From the NCBI GenBank assembly GCA_963841735.1, contig CAWJDT010000005.1, forward strand, positions 1 through 64,000: DNA of 64,000 nt. The letters run 5' to 3'. This document shows, piece after piece, positions 20,914 to 32,121 of the stretch. The notes below the pieces were generated by a model. It saw only the letters and a program-made list of their open reading frames with translations. It had not been told where the DNA came from and did not search any database. The stretch comes from an uncultured Actinomycetes bacterium. GTDB lineage: Bacteria > Actinomycetota > Thermoleophilia > RBG-16-64-13. The first letter of the stretch is position 1; every line of letters starts with the position of its first letter. Made by a program: the position numbers and the translations under genes.

Positions 20914-23076
20914 CTAGCGCCGGCCACGACCCTGGCCGCGGGCTTGAGGCGGCCGACCGGCCCGAGCCGCGCGAGTGCGAGTGGTCTTGGGCTTGCGCGA
21001 TCCAGGCTGACGTCCGGGAGGCCCGCTCTTCTGACGGTCACCCGGCCTTCCTGGGGCTGCACCTGCATCGCCGCCGGTGCCGGGCTCGCTGCCGGTGCCG
21101 CGCTCGCTGCCGGTGCCGGGCTCGCTGCCGGTGCCGCGCTCGCCGGCGCTCAAGCGGCCGCCGGCGCCCCGGTCGTCACCGTCGCCATCACCGTCGTCCT
21201 CACCATCTCCGACCAAGGTCAAGTCCACTCTCCCGCGGGCTTCGTCGATAGCGACCACCCTTATCTGTAGCAGGTCGGCTATCTTGTAGGCCCGGTTGCT
21301 CCGCTTGCCCACCATGGCCGTCTCGAGCTCGTTCAGCTCCCAGTAGTCGCGCGGCAGCTCGTCACACGACAGATACCCCTGGAACAGCCGGTCGAACAAC
21401 AAGAACATGCCCCGGCGGGTCAGGCTGATCACCTGGCCCTCAAACACGGTCTCCTGCCAGCCGTCCTCGTTCAGGCGCCGTTTCAGCAGATGGGCCAACG
21501 CTATGTCATCGGCCTTTAGTTCGACCTTGGAGGCCGCCCGCTCAGTCTGCGAGCAGTGTTCTGCCCAGTCGGCCAGAGTAGAGGTGGTCGGCTTGGGGGC
21601 CACGCCCAGCTTGGCCAGCAGTCCCCGGTGCACCAACAGGTCGGGATAGCGGCGGATGGGCGACGTGAAGTGGCAGTAGCTCTGCGACGCCAACCCGAAG
21701 TGGCCGACGTTGTCGATCTGATAGACCGCCCGGGCCTGCGCCCGCAGCACCTGCTGCACCAGCGCCGCCTTGCCCCGGCCTTTGGGCGTGTACCTATCGA
21801 CCCATTCCGCGGTCTCGCGGGTGACACGGCGGATCTCCTCGGGCCCGGCCGCCATGGGGTCAAAAGCCGGAGTCGGCAGCCCCAGACTCGACAGCACATC
21901 GAGCAGGTGGACCACCCGAAAAGGATCGGGCAGGTCGTGCACCCGGTAGACCGTGGGCACGTGTTCCCGCTCCAAGAACGACGCCACCTGTTCGTTGGCC
22001 AGCACCATGAAGTTCTCGATGTACCAGTGGCTCTCCAGCTCTTCGCTGGGATCGGCCGCTATCACCCGGCCCTTGGCATCCCACTCAAACTCCGGCTCGG
22101 TTGATTCGATGCGCAGACTCCCTCTCGCCCTCCGGGCCTCCCGCAGGGTCTGCGCCAGCGTCCGGCCCAGATCCAATGGCGGGGCCAACTCGGCGGGAAT
22201 CGGCTCCGTGCCCTGCAACATCCGCTCCACCCGCTCATAGTCCAAGCGGGCGTCACTGCGGATGAGCGAGCGGTAGAACTTGCTCTTAAGCACGCGCCCC
22301 TTGTCGTCGACTTCCATCTCCACGGTAACCGTCTTGCGGTCCTCATCCGGCCGCAGCGAGCAGGCCCCCGCCGACAGCTCCGGCGGCAGCATGGGTTCCA
22401 CCCCCAGGGCCACGTACACCGAGTTACCGCGCCGCAAGGCCTCCTTGTCGAGCACTGTCCCCTCGCGCACAAAGTACGACACGTCGGCTATATGTACGTA
22501 GACGATCGTGGTACCGGCGGGAGTCCGTTCGAACGAAAGAGCGTCGTCAAAATCTTGTGCCATTACCGGATCGACGGTGAAGGTGTAGAGGTCACGCAGA
22601 TCTTTTCGGTCGGAATCCACCTGTGTCTGCAACTGGGCCGCTGCCGCCGCCTCGGCCTCTACCTTGGGTTTGAAGCCGCGCTGCACCAGATGGTCCACCA
22701 GCAGCGCCTCCATGATGTCGGCGAGCACGTTGCTCTTACCAAGGGGGCGCACGATGGAAGCCTTGAAACCCGACCCGAACGTGAACAGCACCAGATCGCC
22801 AGGTTGCGGCCTGATGGAACTCCGTTCCACGGGCAGCGCCGGACCAGCATGGAACAATGGCTCCACTTCCAAGCTTTTGCCCCGGCGCACGATCAACCCC
22901 GCGATACTGGCCGAACGCCCGCTGGGATCGCCGGCCGGGATCATGCCGGCCCGGGCCAGTTGGGTCCGGCGCCGATCGGACTTGCTGTATCCAGGATGAT
23001 GCTTGGCCACGGTTACCGCCCCTCCGAGTTCGATGTCCCGGCTGCCCCGGTGGGAAACAGTTCGAGGCTCACCCAC
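20914..23076 (-). CDS. rnr: Ribonuclease R-like protein
   Basis: FTVDP..AQDFDDA, HIADVS, HFGLA...YCHFTSPIRRYPD, S1 domain, basic tail. Confidence 0.85.
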   Translation of the reverse strand: MGEPRTVSHRGSRDIELGGAVTVAKHHPGYSKSDRRRTQLARAGMIPAGDPSGRSASIAGLIVRRGKSLEVEPLFHAGPALPVERSSIRPQPGDLVLFTFGSGFKASIVRPLGKSNVLADIMEALLVDHLVQRGFKPKVEAEAAAAAQLQTQVDSDRKDLRDLYTFTVDPVMAQDFDDALSFERTPAGTTIVYVHIADVSYFVREGTVLDKEALRRGNSVYVALGVEPMLPPELSAGACSLRPDEDRKTVTVEMEVDDKGRVLKSKFYRSLIRSDARLDYERVERMLQGTEPIPAELAPPLDLGRTLAQTLREARRARGSLRIESTEPEFEWDAKGRVIAADPSEELESHWYIENFMVLANEQVASFLEREHVPTVYRVHDLPDPFRVVHLLDVLSSLGLPTPAFDPMAAGPEEIRRVTRETAEWVDRYTPKGRGKAALVQQVLRAQARAVYQIDNVGHFGLASQSYCHFTSPIRRYPDLLVHRGLLAKLGVAPKPTTSTLADWAEHCSQTERAASKVELKADDIALAHLLKRRLNEDGWQETVFEGQVISLTRRGMFLLFDRLFQGYLSCDELPRDYWELNELETAMVGKRSNRAYKIADLLQIRVVAIDEARGRVDLTLVGDGEDDGDGDGDDRGAGGRLSAGERGTGSEPGTGSERGTGSEPGTGGDAGAAPGRPGDRQKSGPPGRQPGSRKPKTTRTRAARAGRPPQARGQGRGRR
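21073..21144. repeat. 4 x 18 bp in-frame tandem repeat (SE(P/R)GTG) in the RNase R tail
   Basis: gccggtgccg(g/c)gctcgct repeated four times. Confidence 0.9.
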
Positions 23077-24011
23077 TCAGTCTCATAGACCCGCTCCCCA
23101 GGGATGAAGCCACTCTCCGAGGCGGCTGCCACCAACTCCCGCTCTTGCTCTCCGGCCAGGATGCCCGAGACCACCAGGCGCGCGGGCCACTCGCTCGCAA
23201 CCAGGCCCTTCAAAGAGAGCGCCTCGCGCGCCAGCCTGCGCACGAGCACCAGCACCGGCTCTAGAGTCATGTTCGCGAGCACGGTCGCTCCGGCAAACCA
23301 AAACGCCGAAGCCTCCCCCACGTCGGCCCGGTGCAGCTCGACGATTGCGCCCACGCCGTTGACCTCGATGTTCTCCCGGGCCGACTTGAGCGCCTCCGCA
23401 TCATTGTCGTAGGCGAACACCGGTCCCCAGCCCAGCTTCGCGGCCGCGATGGCGAGAATGCCGGAGCCGGTGCCCGAGTCCACCAAAGGTCCAAACATAG
23501 GCAATCCGCCGCCATCCGGTTGTTCGCGCTGTAGCAAGAACAGAGTCCCCCTGGTAGTGGGGTGCAGACCGGTGCCGAAGCCCAGCCCGGGGTTGATGAC
23601 CACGTCCACCGGCGCGCGCACCGCCGGCGCCCCGTCTGTCTCCCGGAAGTCCAAGGCCGGCTCCCACGGTGGCCGGATGCGCACTTCTCCCACGGTGATA
23701 GGTCGGAAGTGCGCCTTCCACCCCTCCACCCATTCGCGGGAGACATCGCGTGTCTCCATCCGCACCATTCCGGGCTCGCGCAGTTCCAACGGAAGAGCGG
23801 CGACCACATCTTCGAGGGAAGGCACAGCGTCAGCCGATGGGTAGAACACAAGAACCGCCTCAGCGCCAACCGGCGCACTAGGGACCGCCGCGCCGGCAGA
23901 TTCCAACTCGAACGGTCCTAACCGCTCCATGAGCAAAGCCCCGGCCACTTCGGCGAAGGCCTCGGGCACGATGACCCGCAGAGCGAGGTCAAACGCCGCG
24001 CCGCCCATCAA
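23013..24011 (-). CDS. prmA: Ribosomal protein L11 methyltransferase
   Basis: W...[34 protein letters not shown]; follows dnaJ. Confidence 0.88.
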   Translation of the reverse strand: MMGGAAFDLALRVIVPEAFAEVAGALLMERLGPFELESAGAAVPSAPVGAEAVLVFYPSADAVPSLEDVVAALPLELREPGMVRMETRDVSREWVEGWKAHFRPITVGEVRIRPPWEPALDFRETDGAPAVRAPVDVVINPGLGFGTGLHPTTRGTLFLLQREQPDGGGLPMFGPLVDSGTGSGILAIAAAKLGWGPVFAYDNDAEALKSARENIEVNGVGAIVELHRADVGEASAFWFAGATVLANMTLEPVLVLVRRLAREALSLKGLVASEWPARLVVSGILAGEQERELVAAASESGFIPGERVYETEWVSLELFPTGAAGTSNSEGR

Positions 24012-25162
24012 CTGCTGAACCAGTTGCGCAGCTTCTGCAGTACACCCTCTTCGCGCTCGCCGTAGTGCTCGGTCCCACAGGTCTCATCGAACTCTTTCAA
24101 CAGGCGGCGCTGTTCGTCGTCGAGGTCGAGCGGAATGCGCACCCGCACGTGGATCTCTTGGTCGCCGCGACCATGTGCGTTGAGATGCTGCACGCCCTTG
24201 CCACGAAGCGCCTTGACGTCGCCCGGCTGAGTGCCGGGCGCGAACGTCACCTCTTCGTCGCCGTCCAGAGTCGGGATGGTCATAGTGGTGCCCATGGTCG
24301 CCTGCACCATGGTGAGGTCCACCCCGTACAGGATGTCGTCACCACGCCGCTCGAACAGCTCGTGCTCGGCCACGACTACACGCACGTACAGGTCGCCGGA
24401 GCGTGCCCCGCGTTCACCCGCTCCGCCGCGCCCCGTCACCCGGATACGCTGCCCAGAATCGATCCCGGCCGGGAGCTGCACCGTTACCGAGCGCTCCATG
24501 AACACCCGTCCGCGCCCCGCGCACTCCTTGCAGGGCGACTCGATCACCTGGCCGGTGGCCGCGCAACGTGCGCACGGAGCCGACTGCACAAACTGGCCCA
24601 GGATGGTGCGCCGCACAACGCGTACGTGGCCCGAGCCCCCACAGTCCGGACACGACTTCACCGAAGCGCGGTCGGTGGCCCCCACGCCCTCACAGGCCTC
24701 ACAGGTGCCCTGGGACTTGAACGAAAGCTCCTTCTCCACGCCGAAAGCAGCCTCTTCGAGCGTGAGATCCACGTCGATGGCCAGGTCCTCTCCCCGAGCC
24801 GGTCCGGCGGTCCGGCCGCCCCCGAACGGGCTGCCGCCTCCGAAACCGCCACCGAAGGCCCCACCGAAGAGATTGCTGAACAGGTCACCGAAGTCGCCGA
24901 AGCCCTCAGTCCCGAAGCCGCCGGCGCCGCCGGCGCCGCGGCGCAGGCCGTCATGCCCGTAGGTGTCGTAGAGGTTGCGCTTCTCGGCGTCGCAAAGCAC
25001 CTCGTAGGCCGCGGTGGCCTCCTTGAACTTGTCCTCGCACGCCGGGTCGTGGGTGTTCACGTCGGGATGCAACTCCCGCGCGAGCTTGCGGTACGCCTTT
25101 TTTATCTGAGTGATATCGGCCTCTCGGGAGACCCCGAGCACTTCGTAGTAGTCGCGTTTCAT
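24008..25162 (-). CDS. dnaJ: Chaperone DnaJ
   Basis: [13 protein letters not shown] region, four CxxC zinc motifs. Confidence 0.97.
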   Translation of the reverse strand: MKRDYYEVLGVSREADITQIKKAYRKLARELHPDVNTHDPACEDKFKEATAAYEVLCDAEKRNLYDTYGHDGLRRGAGGAGGFGTEGFGDFGDLFSNLFGGAFGGGFGGGSPFGGGRTAGPARGEDLAIDVDLTLEEAAFGVEKELSFKSQGTCEACEGVGATDRASVKSCPDCGGSGHVRVVRRTILGQFVQSAPCARCAATGQVIESPCKECAGRGRVFMERSVTVQLPAGIDSGQRIRVTGRGGAGERGARSGDLYVRVVVAEHELFERRGDDILYGVDLTMVQATMGTTMTIPTLDGDEEVTFAPGTQPGDVKALRGKGVQHLNAHGRGDQEIHVRVRIPLDLDDEQRRLLKEFDETCGTEHYGEREEGVLQKLRNWFSS

Positions 25163-25218
25163 CTAAATGTTTCTCATTCTGTCGTGTCTTATCCGGTCAT
25201 GTGCCGCTTGATGATGTG

Positions 25219-26268
25219 TCATTCGTAACGCTCGCCCACTAGTTCGGAAAGTACCTGGGCGGTCTCTCTCACAGTGCAGATGGCTCTCTCGTAGTCCATG
25301 CGGGTAGGGCCCACCAGGCTCACAGTGCCCAGACGCCGTTGGGGCAGGCCATAGCTGGCCGCCACCACAGAGAACGGCTGGAGAGCCGTGGCTTCGTGCT
25401 CACTGCCTATCCGCACCACCACCGCGCCCGTTCCCAGAGCGACCCTCAGCACCCGGAGAAGCAGAAAACGTTCTTCGAGCAAAGAAAGCAGATCGCGCAG
25501 CGACGAGACATCCTGCAGACGGGGCGCCGCCAGCAGACACGAGGTCCCGCCCACGTAAAGCTCCTCCTGGTTCTGCTCGTCCACCAGGTTCTCCAAAGCG
25601 GGAGCCAAAGCCTGGACAAAACCGGCTTCGCGCGGGCTGAGATCGGGATTGTCCAGCGCCCGCCTGATCAACCGGGCGGTCAGGGGCTGATCGGCAAGGC
25701 TCTCGTTGAGGTAGGTGCGGGCCCATTCCACCAGACCGGCGTCGATGACTCCCGGCAGGTCGATGGCGCCCTTCATGACCGCACCGGTAGACACGATGAA
25801 CACATACATCAACTGATGCGGATGCAGCGTGAGCAGCTCCGCGTGGACCAACCGAGCACCGCTCATACGGGGAGCCAAAACCAGCGCGAGCAGATTGGTG
25901 GCCCGCGACATGGCGTCGGTGGCCTGCTGAAGGGCGGTGTCGATCTCACTGGCCAGGTCCTCGGTCTGCACGCCACCCACCGCTCCCGCACCTGCGCCGG
26001 CCCGCCCACTCATGCGGGTGACCGACCCGCTCATCAGATAATCGACGAACTCCCGATAGCCCAGGTCGGTAGGCACCCGGCCCGCGGAAGTATGTGGATG
26101 CGTGAGGTAGCCTTTCTCCTCCAGCAGAGCGAACTCGTTGCGCACTGTGGAAGAGGATACGGTGAGCCCGACCGACCCCGCCAACTCCTTGGAGCCGATG
26201 GGGTTGCCTGTCCCGATATAGCGTTCGGTGACGGCGTTAAGAATGGTACGTTGTCTATCTGTGAGCAT
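25219..26268 (-). CDS. hrcA: Heat-inducible transcription repressor
   Basis: SSSTVRNE...LE..GYL..PHTSAGRVPT..GYR, GPTRMDY. Confidence 0.96.
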   Translation of the reverse strand: MLTDRQRTILNAVTERYIGTGNPIGSKELAGSVGLTVSSSTVRNEFALLEEKGYLTHPHTSAGRVPTDLGYREFVDYLMSGSVTRMSGRAGAGAGAVGGVQTEDLASEIDTALQQATDAMSRATNLLALVLAPRMSGARLVHAELLTLHPHQLMYVFIVSTGAVMKGAIDLPGVIDAGLVEWARTYLNESLADQPLTARLIRRALDNPDLSPREAGFVQALAPALENLVDEQNQEELYVGGTSCLLAAPRLQDVSSLRDLLSLLEERFLLLRVLRVALGTGAVVVRIGSEHEATALQPFSVVAASYGLPQRRLGTVSLVGPTRMDYERAICTVRETAQVLSELVGERYE

Positions 26269-26292
26269 GTTCGCCCGCCGGCGTCTATCAGC

Positions 26293-27483
26293 CTATGTCT
26301 CTCCTGGGTCCACCAAGAGCGCGCCGATGATAGTGTTGCTGACATCCAGAAACCCTGGATTCAAGCGAAGTCTACCATAGGCCCACTGCAGACAGCCTTG
26401 GGCCACGAGCCGCTCGAGGGCGACCTCGTCGAGCACCGAGCGCACGTCGTAGTGGTCGACGCCCTCGCTGGTGCGCAGCCCCAGCATGGCCTTCTCCCAG
26501 AGGCGCGTGCGGGGCGTCAGCCGCTCGATCAAGGGTGGCCTCCCCGCGAGGTAGGCAGTGACCGACGGCGGGTTGGCGCGCCGCTCACCCCCCACTGTGG
26601 ACACCGCTGCCGCACCGATGCCCAAGTAGTCCTCACCCCGCCAGTAGGCCTGGTTGTGCCGGCACTCGTGGCCGGGCAGGGCGAAGTTGGACACCTCGTA
26701 GCGCCGGTAACCCGCCGCCTCAAGCCGAGCCACGGCCCGGGCGTAGTGCTGCTCGGCGAACGCGCCGGCGGCCGCCTCGGCCCCGGCGCCGACCTTGGCC
26801 TCCACTCGGTCGGCGAACTTGGGCGTGTAGGTGAGGTCATATAGAGAGATGTGAGTGGGCCCCGCCGCGACGGCCGCGTCGATGTCGGCGGCGGCGGCGT
26901 CCCAGTCCTGTCCGGGAATGCCGAACACCAGGTCGAGGTTCCAGTCGCTCCACCCGGTGAGGGCCACTGCGGCGAGGGCGGCGAAGATCTCCTGTTGCGA
27001 CACCCGGCGGCCCAGCGCCGCGCGCAGCGCCGGCGAGAAGGACTGTAACCCCAGCGAGAGCCGCGTGACCCCGGCCTCGCCCAGGCGCTCCAGTAGCGGC
27101 GCGTCGATGGTGCCGGGGTTGGCTTCGACGGTGAACTCGAACGCGGCGGGAGCGGCGCCTGCGGGGGCGAGGGCGGTCGCGCCGGCCCCAGCGGCACCAG
27201 CCCCGGTGCCGTCCTGTGCCGCACCCGGGGCCTCCAACCTGGCTGCCAGATCCCCGGCCAGCGCCACAAGAGCGTCGGGCGGCAGCGCCGTCGGCGTGCC
27301 GCCGCCCAGGTAGATGGTCGCAAACGTCGCGTCTCCCCCGCGCTCCGCCAGTTCGGCGCGGAGCGCCTCCAGGTACTGCTCCACCCGCCCGGTCCGCGCG
27401 TGCGCGCTCACCGGCTCGGAGGCGAAGTCACAGTAGGCGCACCGGCTGCGGCAGAAGGGGATGTGGACGTAGAGGTGGTTCAT
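26293..27483 (-). CDS. hemW: Radical SAM heme chaperone HemW (HemN-like)
   Basis: LYVHIPFCRSRCAYCDF, GGGTPT, EANP, YEVSNFA, HNQAYW; lepA-hrcA context. Confidence 0.9.
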   Translation of the reverse strand: MNHLYVHIPFCRSRCAYCDFASEPVSAHARTGRVEQYLEALRAELAERGGDATFATIYLGGGTPTALPPDALVALAGDLAARLEAPGAAQDGTGAGAAGAGATALAPAGAAPAAFEFTVEANPGTIDAPLLERLGEAGVTRLSLGLQSFSPALRAALGRRVSQQEIFAALAAVALTGWSDWNLDLVFGIPGQDWDAAAADIDAAVAAGPTHISLYDLTYTPKFADRVEAKVGAGAEAAAGAFAEQHYARAVARLEAAGYRRYEVSNFALPGHECRHNQAYWRGEDYLGIGAAAVSTVGGERRANPPSVTAYLAGRPPLIERLTPRTRLWEKAMLGLRTSEGVDHYDVRSVLDEVALERLVAQGCLQWAYGRLRLNPGFLDVSNTIIGALLVDPGET

Positions 27484-28181
27484 GTCAGCGAGAGCCCAGC
27501 CGGCCGGCCGCTCCTCATGGTCCCTGCGATGCGATAGCCTCAAGCATCCGCTCGACCACGCTTGTGCTCAGTTCGTTCGTGTACACGCCGCCCATCCTGC
27601 TCTTCACACCGAACCACAGGGGTGAGTCGATCCCGGCAGCCGTGTGTGACTTCCCAATAACAGCAAACTGGAGGGCGGCACACATCTTAAGCTCGGTCTA
27701 GATGGTGGCTCAAATGCTTTTCAGGACCCGGATTGGTCTCTCCCAGAAGGCGTGAGGATACAGTATGCTGGATATATCAACCAAAGACAGGGGCGTCTTG
27801 ACGATGGCTCGCACGACAAGGTTTTCCCTTGGACCATCTTGTCGAATGAATCAGACGCTCTCGGCGTAACCACCTATTCGGCTGCTCCTACTACTACTAC
27901 TATGATGATCCGCAGGTCAATGGAGGCAATGAGAAGGGTGGCACCAACTTGGCTCCGTGGTTACGCACCCTGTGGTATAACCCGCCAACTCCATAGGAGC
28001 CTATGATGAGAAGAGTTGACTCAGGAACACTACCCGTCGCGGTCGTAAGGAGGAGGCTGCCCTGCGAATCCGGAAAACGAGGGAATTTGCATCGGACTGT
28101 GCGGGCAATCTCGAGAGCCGTGTTATCTGTCGCCGACTAGTCAAGCCAAACGGTATTCGAGAGCTTGAGCATGGAGACGAG

Positions 28182-29309
28182 ATGAGAAGGCTGTGGCTGG
28201 TTCCCATACTTGTGCTTGTTCTCGCCCTTGTCTTGGGCGTTTGTGGTTGCACCAGCGAGACAACTACTACCAGGGCTGACACCACAGACACCACCGCGCC
28301 CCCCTCCAGTACCGGTACCACCTCCGCGACGGGCGGCACCTGGACCGAACTCCACCCCACGGGCAGCCTGCCGTCGGCGCGAGCCGGCTACAGCATGGTG
28401 TTCGACCATGCGAACGGCAAGGTCATCCTGTTCGGGGGCGGGGAGAGTTCCGGTGGCCCGCTCAATGACACCTGGACCTACGACCCGGCCACAAACACCT
28501 GGACCGAGATCCACCCCAGAAGCGCTGTGCCCCCTGCCCGCTTGGGATCGTCGATGGTCTATGACGCCACCAGCGGCCAGGCCATCCTTTTCGGAGGACT
28601 CCAGCCTCGCAACCCGAACGGCGTGCTCAACGACACGTGGGCCTACGACCCGGCCACAGGCACCTGGACTGAACTCCACCCCACAGGCGGACCGCCTCCC
28701 GCGCGGCACAGTCACTGCATGGTGTACGACTCCTTCGACGGCAAGGTGATCCTGTTCGGAGGGCACAAGAACGTCGGTGGGCAGGCAGTCGACTGGACGA
28801 ACGACATGTGGACCTATGACCCCATGGCCAACACCTGGATCGAGCTCCACCCCGCAGGCACCGCGCCGCCCTCTGCCATGTTTGGCGAGATGGTGTACGA
28901 CACCAACGGCGGCAGGGCGATCCTGTACGGGACAGCCGACGATGGCGACGCCGCCCGGGGCACCTGGGCATACGACCCTGTGGCCAACACCTGGACCGAG
29001 CTCCACCCCGAAGGCAGCGTGCCCTCGGTGTTCTTCGGTCACATGGTCTACGATCCCGCCGCGGAGGGAGTGATTCTCTTTGGCGGTCTGGGCGAGGGGT
29101 TGTACGGTGAAGGCAGGTTCGTCAACGACATGTGGACCTACGAACCGGCCACAAACACTTGGACCGAACTCCACCCCACAGGCACCGCGCCGTCCAACTA
29201 CGGTCTCGTGGTCTACGACGCCGACGGCGGTCAGGCCATTCTATTTGGAAGCACGCGCGATGGCGGGAACTACCTCAACGCTGCGTGGTCCTATCGTCCC
29301 GCACCATGA
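28182..29309 (+). CDS. Kelch-repeat beta-propeller lipoprotein
   Basis: Lipobox VCGC, Thr linker, six MVYD....ILFGG....ND.W.YDP..NTWTELHP repeats. Confidence 0.9.
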   Translation: MRRLWLVPILVLVLALVLGVCGCTSETTTTRADTTDTTAPPSSTGTTSATGGTWTELHPTGSLPSARAGYSMVFDHANGKVILFGGGESSGGPLNDTWTYDPATNTWTEIHPRSAVPPARLGSSMVYDATSGQAILFGGLQPRNPNGVLNDTWAYDPATGTWTELHPTGGPPPARHSHCMVYDSFDGKVILFGGHKNVGGQAVDWTNDMWTYDPMANTWIELHPAGTAPPSAMFGEMVYDTNGGRAILYGTADDGDAARGTWAYDPVANTWTELHPEGSVPSVFFGHMVYDPAAEGVILFGGLGEGLYGEGRFVNDMWTYEPATNTWTELHPTGTAPSNYGLVVYDADGGQAILFGSTRDGGNYLNAAWSYRPAP

Positions 29310-29433
29310 CCAAATATGGCGGCTTGGAAGAGCTGCTGGCCGCTGCGGTTCCGAACATCCGGTACCTGGAGTTTCACCAGTTCCTGGAAAACAATCCGCG
29401 CGCAACAGCGCAGTGCTGCCAATCAGACCCCCC

Positions 29434-29823
29434 TCAGTACCCCAGAACCCCCAGCACCACCAACACGATGCCGAAAAGCATGCTGATGCCGCCCAATATG
29501 GCGGTCCAACCGTTCCAAGCCTTCCCGGCTCGCTTGTCCACCTTCTCGGCCACCGCGTCGTACGCGGGATAGTCGGCGGCGTCGTCCGCATCGTCCGCAT
29601 CGTCCGCGTCATCCGAGTCGTCGGTGCCCGCGGTGGCTTCGGCGCGCGCGGCCGCCCGCGCCGCGGCGTCTTTGGCGGCCTGCGCCCGCTCGGCGGCGCG
29701 GCGCGCCACCACCTCCTGCTGCTCGGCCCGCAGTTCCTTGCCCCAGGGGCCGTGCCGCAGCCAGGTCTGCACCGCCCCCATCACCATCAGGATCGCTCCC
29801 AACACCACATATTCAACGGTCAT
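29434..29823 (-). CDS. 2-TM hypothetical protein with acidic ADD repeats, coupled to lepA
   Basis: ATGA overlap with the lepA stop; two hydrophobic segments. Confidence 0.75.
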   Translation of the reverse strand: MTVEYVVLGAILMVMGAVQTWLRHGPWGKELRAEQQEVVARRAAERAQAAKDAAARAAARAEATAGTDDSDDADDADDADDAADYPAYDAVAEKVDKRAGKAWNGWTAILGGISMLFGIVLVVLGVLGY

Positions 29824-31640
29824 TTCTTCCCCTCTTTCCCGTCTCCCAGGTCGAGAACGGCCAGGAAAGCCTCCTGCGGGATCTCAACTGTGCCCACCAT
29901 CTTCATGCGCTTCTTGCCGGCCTTCTGTTTCTCCAGCAGTTTGCGCTTGCGGCTGATGTCTCCACCGTAGCACTTGGCGATGACGTCCTTGCGCAGCGCG
30001 GCCACACTCTCCCGCGCGATGATGCGCGCGCCCACCGCCGCCTGAATGGCTATCTCGAACATCTGGCGCGGGATCTTCTTGCGCAGCTTCTCGGTGAGCC
30101 CCCGCCCTATGGTGTAGGCCCGGTCGGCGTGCACGATGAGGCTGAGCGCATCGACGATGTCGCCCGCAATGCGGATGTCCAAGCGCACCAGATCGCCCGG
30201 CTCGTAGTCCTTGAGCTCGTAGTCCAGACTGGCATATCCGCGGCTGCGCGTCTTGAGCAGGTCGAAGAAGTCGAGCACTATCTCGGCCAGCGGCAGCGCA
30301 TAGTCCATACGCACCCGGTCGGAGGTCAGATACTCCATGTGGTCAAAGCGGCCGCGCTTGTCGTTGCACAGCTCCATCACCGGGCCCACGTACTCCGACG
30401 GCACCAAGATGGTGGCGGCGATGTAGGGCTCACGCACCTCTTTGATAGAGCCCGACTCGGGAAAATCCACCGGGTTGCTTATGGAGAGCACCTCGCCGGT
30501 GACCGTCTCGACCTCATAGAGCACGCTGGGCGTGGTGGCCAGCAGGTCGAGGTCGAACTCCCGCTCCAGGCGCTCCCGGATGATCTCCATGTGCAGCAGC
30601 CCCAGGAACCCACAGCGGAATCCAAATCCCAAAGCCTTGGACGTCTCCGGCTCATAGTGGAGAGAGCCATCGTTCAGCTTGAGTTTCTCCAGGGCGTCGC
30701 GGAGCTCGGGGTATTGCTCTCCATCGATGGGAAACAGTCCGCAGAACACCATCGGGGTGATGTCGCGATAGCCGGGGAGAGGCTCCTTGGCGGGACGAGC
30801 GGCGCTGGTGAGGGTATCCCCCACCCGCAGGTCGGCCACCAATTTGATACCGGGGATGATATAGCCCACTTCCCCGGCGTGGAGCACGTCGGTCTTGAGC
30901 ATGTCGGGCGAAAAAATGCCCACTTCTTCCACTTCGCTGCGGTGCCCGGTGGCCATGGCCAGCAAGGCATCATTCTTGCGGAAGCTGCCGTCGCGCACAC
31001 GCACAAAGGCCACCACGCCCTGATACTGGTCGTACACCGAGTCGAAGATGAGGGCCCGCGCCGGCCCGTCGGGGTCGCCTTTGGGCGGCGGGATCATGTG
31101 CACCACCGCTTCGAGCACCGCGGCCACGCCTTCGCCGGTCTTGGCCGAGATGTGCAATATGTCGGAGCGGGCGCAGCCGATGACCGAGACGATCTCGTCG
31201 GCCCGCTTCTCGGGCTCGGCTCCAGGCAGATCGATCTTGTTGAGCACCGGGACTATCTCCAGGTCGTTCTCAAGAGCAAGGAGAGTATTGGCAAGAGTTT
31301 GCGCCTCGACCCCTTGGGTGGCGTCGACCACCAGGATGACTCCCTCGCAGGCGGCCATGCTCCGCGAGACCTCGTAGGTGAAGTCCACGTGGCCCGGGGT
31401 GTCGATGAGGTTGAACTGGTAGTCCTGGCCGTCTTCGGCGTGGTAGTAGATGCGGACGGCCTGGGCCTTGATGGTGATGCCCCGCTCGCGCTCCAGGTCC
31501 ATGCGGTCGAGCATCTGCTCGCGCATGTCGCGCTCGGCGACGGTGTTGGTCATCTGCAGGATGCGGTCGGCCAGCGTCGACTTCCCGTGGTCGATGTGGG
31601 CGATGATGCTGAAGTTGCGGATGTGGTCGAAGCTTGGCAT
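29820..31640 (-). CDS. lepA: Elongation factor 4 (LepA)
   Basis: [47 protein letters not shown]. Confidence 0.98.
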   Translation of the reverse strand: MPSFDHIRNFSIIAHIDHGKSTLADRILQMTNTVAERDMREQMLDRMDLERERGITIKAQAVRIYYHAEDGQDYQFNLIDTPGHVDFTYEVSRSMAACEGVILVVDATQGVEAQTLANTLLALENDLEIVPVLNKIDLPGAEPEKRADEIVSVIGCARSDILHISAKTGEGVAAVLEAVVHMIPPPKGDPDGPARALIFDSVYDQYQGVVAFVRVRDGSFRKNDALLAMATGHRSEVEEVGIFSPDMLKTDVLHAGEVGYIIPGIKLVADLRVGDTLTSAARPAKEPLPGYRDITPMVFCGLFPIDGEQYPELRDALEKLKLNDGSLHYEPETSKALGFGFRCGFLGLLHMEIIRERLEREFDLDLLATTPSVLYEVETVTGEVLSISNPVDFPESGSIKEVREPYIAATILVPSEYVGPVMELCNDKRGRFDHMEYLTSDRVRMDYALPLAEIVLDFFDLLKTRSRGYASLDYELKDYEPGDLVRLDIRIAGDIVDALSLIVHADRAYTIGRGLTEKLRKKIPRQMFEIAIQAAVGARIIARESVAALRKDVIAKCYGGDISRKRKLLEKQKAGKKRMKMVGTVEIPQEAFLAVLDLGDGKEGKK

Positions 31641-31650
31641 TAGGGCACGT

Positions 31651-31656
31651 ATTCTA
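31651..31656 (-). promoter_or_regulatory. Putative -10 box for a near-leaderless lepA transcript
   Basis: TAGAAT 10 nt before the ATG; no Shine-Dalgarno. Confidence 0.45.
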
Positions 31657-31717
31657 GCGGAAAGGAGCCACCCGAGACCGGTCGGACCTGGCTGGCAAAC
31701 CACTGCGCGCACTTGAT

Positions 31718-31746
31718 TTGACAGCCTATGGGGCGAGATGTAGATT
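31718..31746 (+). promoter_or_regulatory. Sigma70-type promoter divergent from lepA
   Basis: TTGACA-17 bp-TAGATT. Confidence 0.6.
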
Positions 31747-31815
31747 GTTTCTATTCGGGGACGTTGCGGGACGTGCCCAGAGATTCACAATCCGCTGGCA
31801 AACCGAAGGGGGGTG

Positions 31816-32046
31816 ATGCCAAGGATCACACCGGTCGTGGAAAGTTCGCTCGCGGCTGCCCTAGAGGAGCAGTGCGGGCTGGACCCCGCTTGTCGGCCCG
31901 GCAGATACAATTGTGATGATCTCGTCCAGTATCACCCAAATGACCCCCCTTGGCTGACAATGCTTCGGTCTGCAATCCTCTCTCAGAGGCCTCCGCAGAC
32001 TATCGAAGAACCCGTGAGGCGTCCGTGGGGCCACACAAGCGAGTAA
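31816..32046 (+). CDS. Small hypothetical protein
   Basis: AAGGGGGGTG RBS-like sequence directly before the ATG, downstream of the promoter; family not recognised. Confidence 0.4.
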   Translation: MPRITPVVESSLAAALEEQCGLDPACRPGRYNCDDLVQYHPNDPPWLTMLRSAILSQRPPQTIEEPVRRPWGHTSE

Positions 32047-32121
32047 TCTGCGCCGGTCCCGTCAATACCGCTGTGTACGACCACCGTCTGCCATGATTCG
32101 AAAATGCATGAAAGGCTTGTC

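Noticed and set aside
25163-26292. CIRCE operator near hrcA/dnaJ
   Set aside because: No TTAGCACTC-N9-GAGTGCTAA match seen.
28330-29300. CRISPR-like regularly spaced repeats (ACCTGGACCGA..CCACCCC)
   Set aside because: They are the coding repeats of the kelch blades, ~150-170 bp apart, in an open frame.
31790-31830. c-di-GMP-I riboswitch (GGCAAACC...)
   Set aside because: Lacks the GNRA-capped stem and GCAAAG/second hairpin; better read as the RBS and start of a small ORF.
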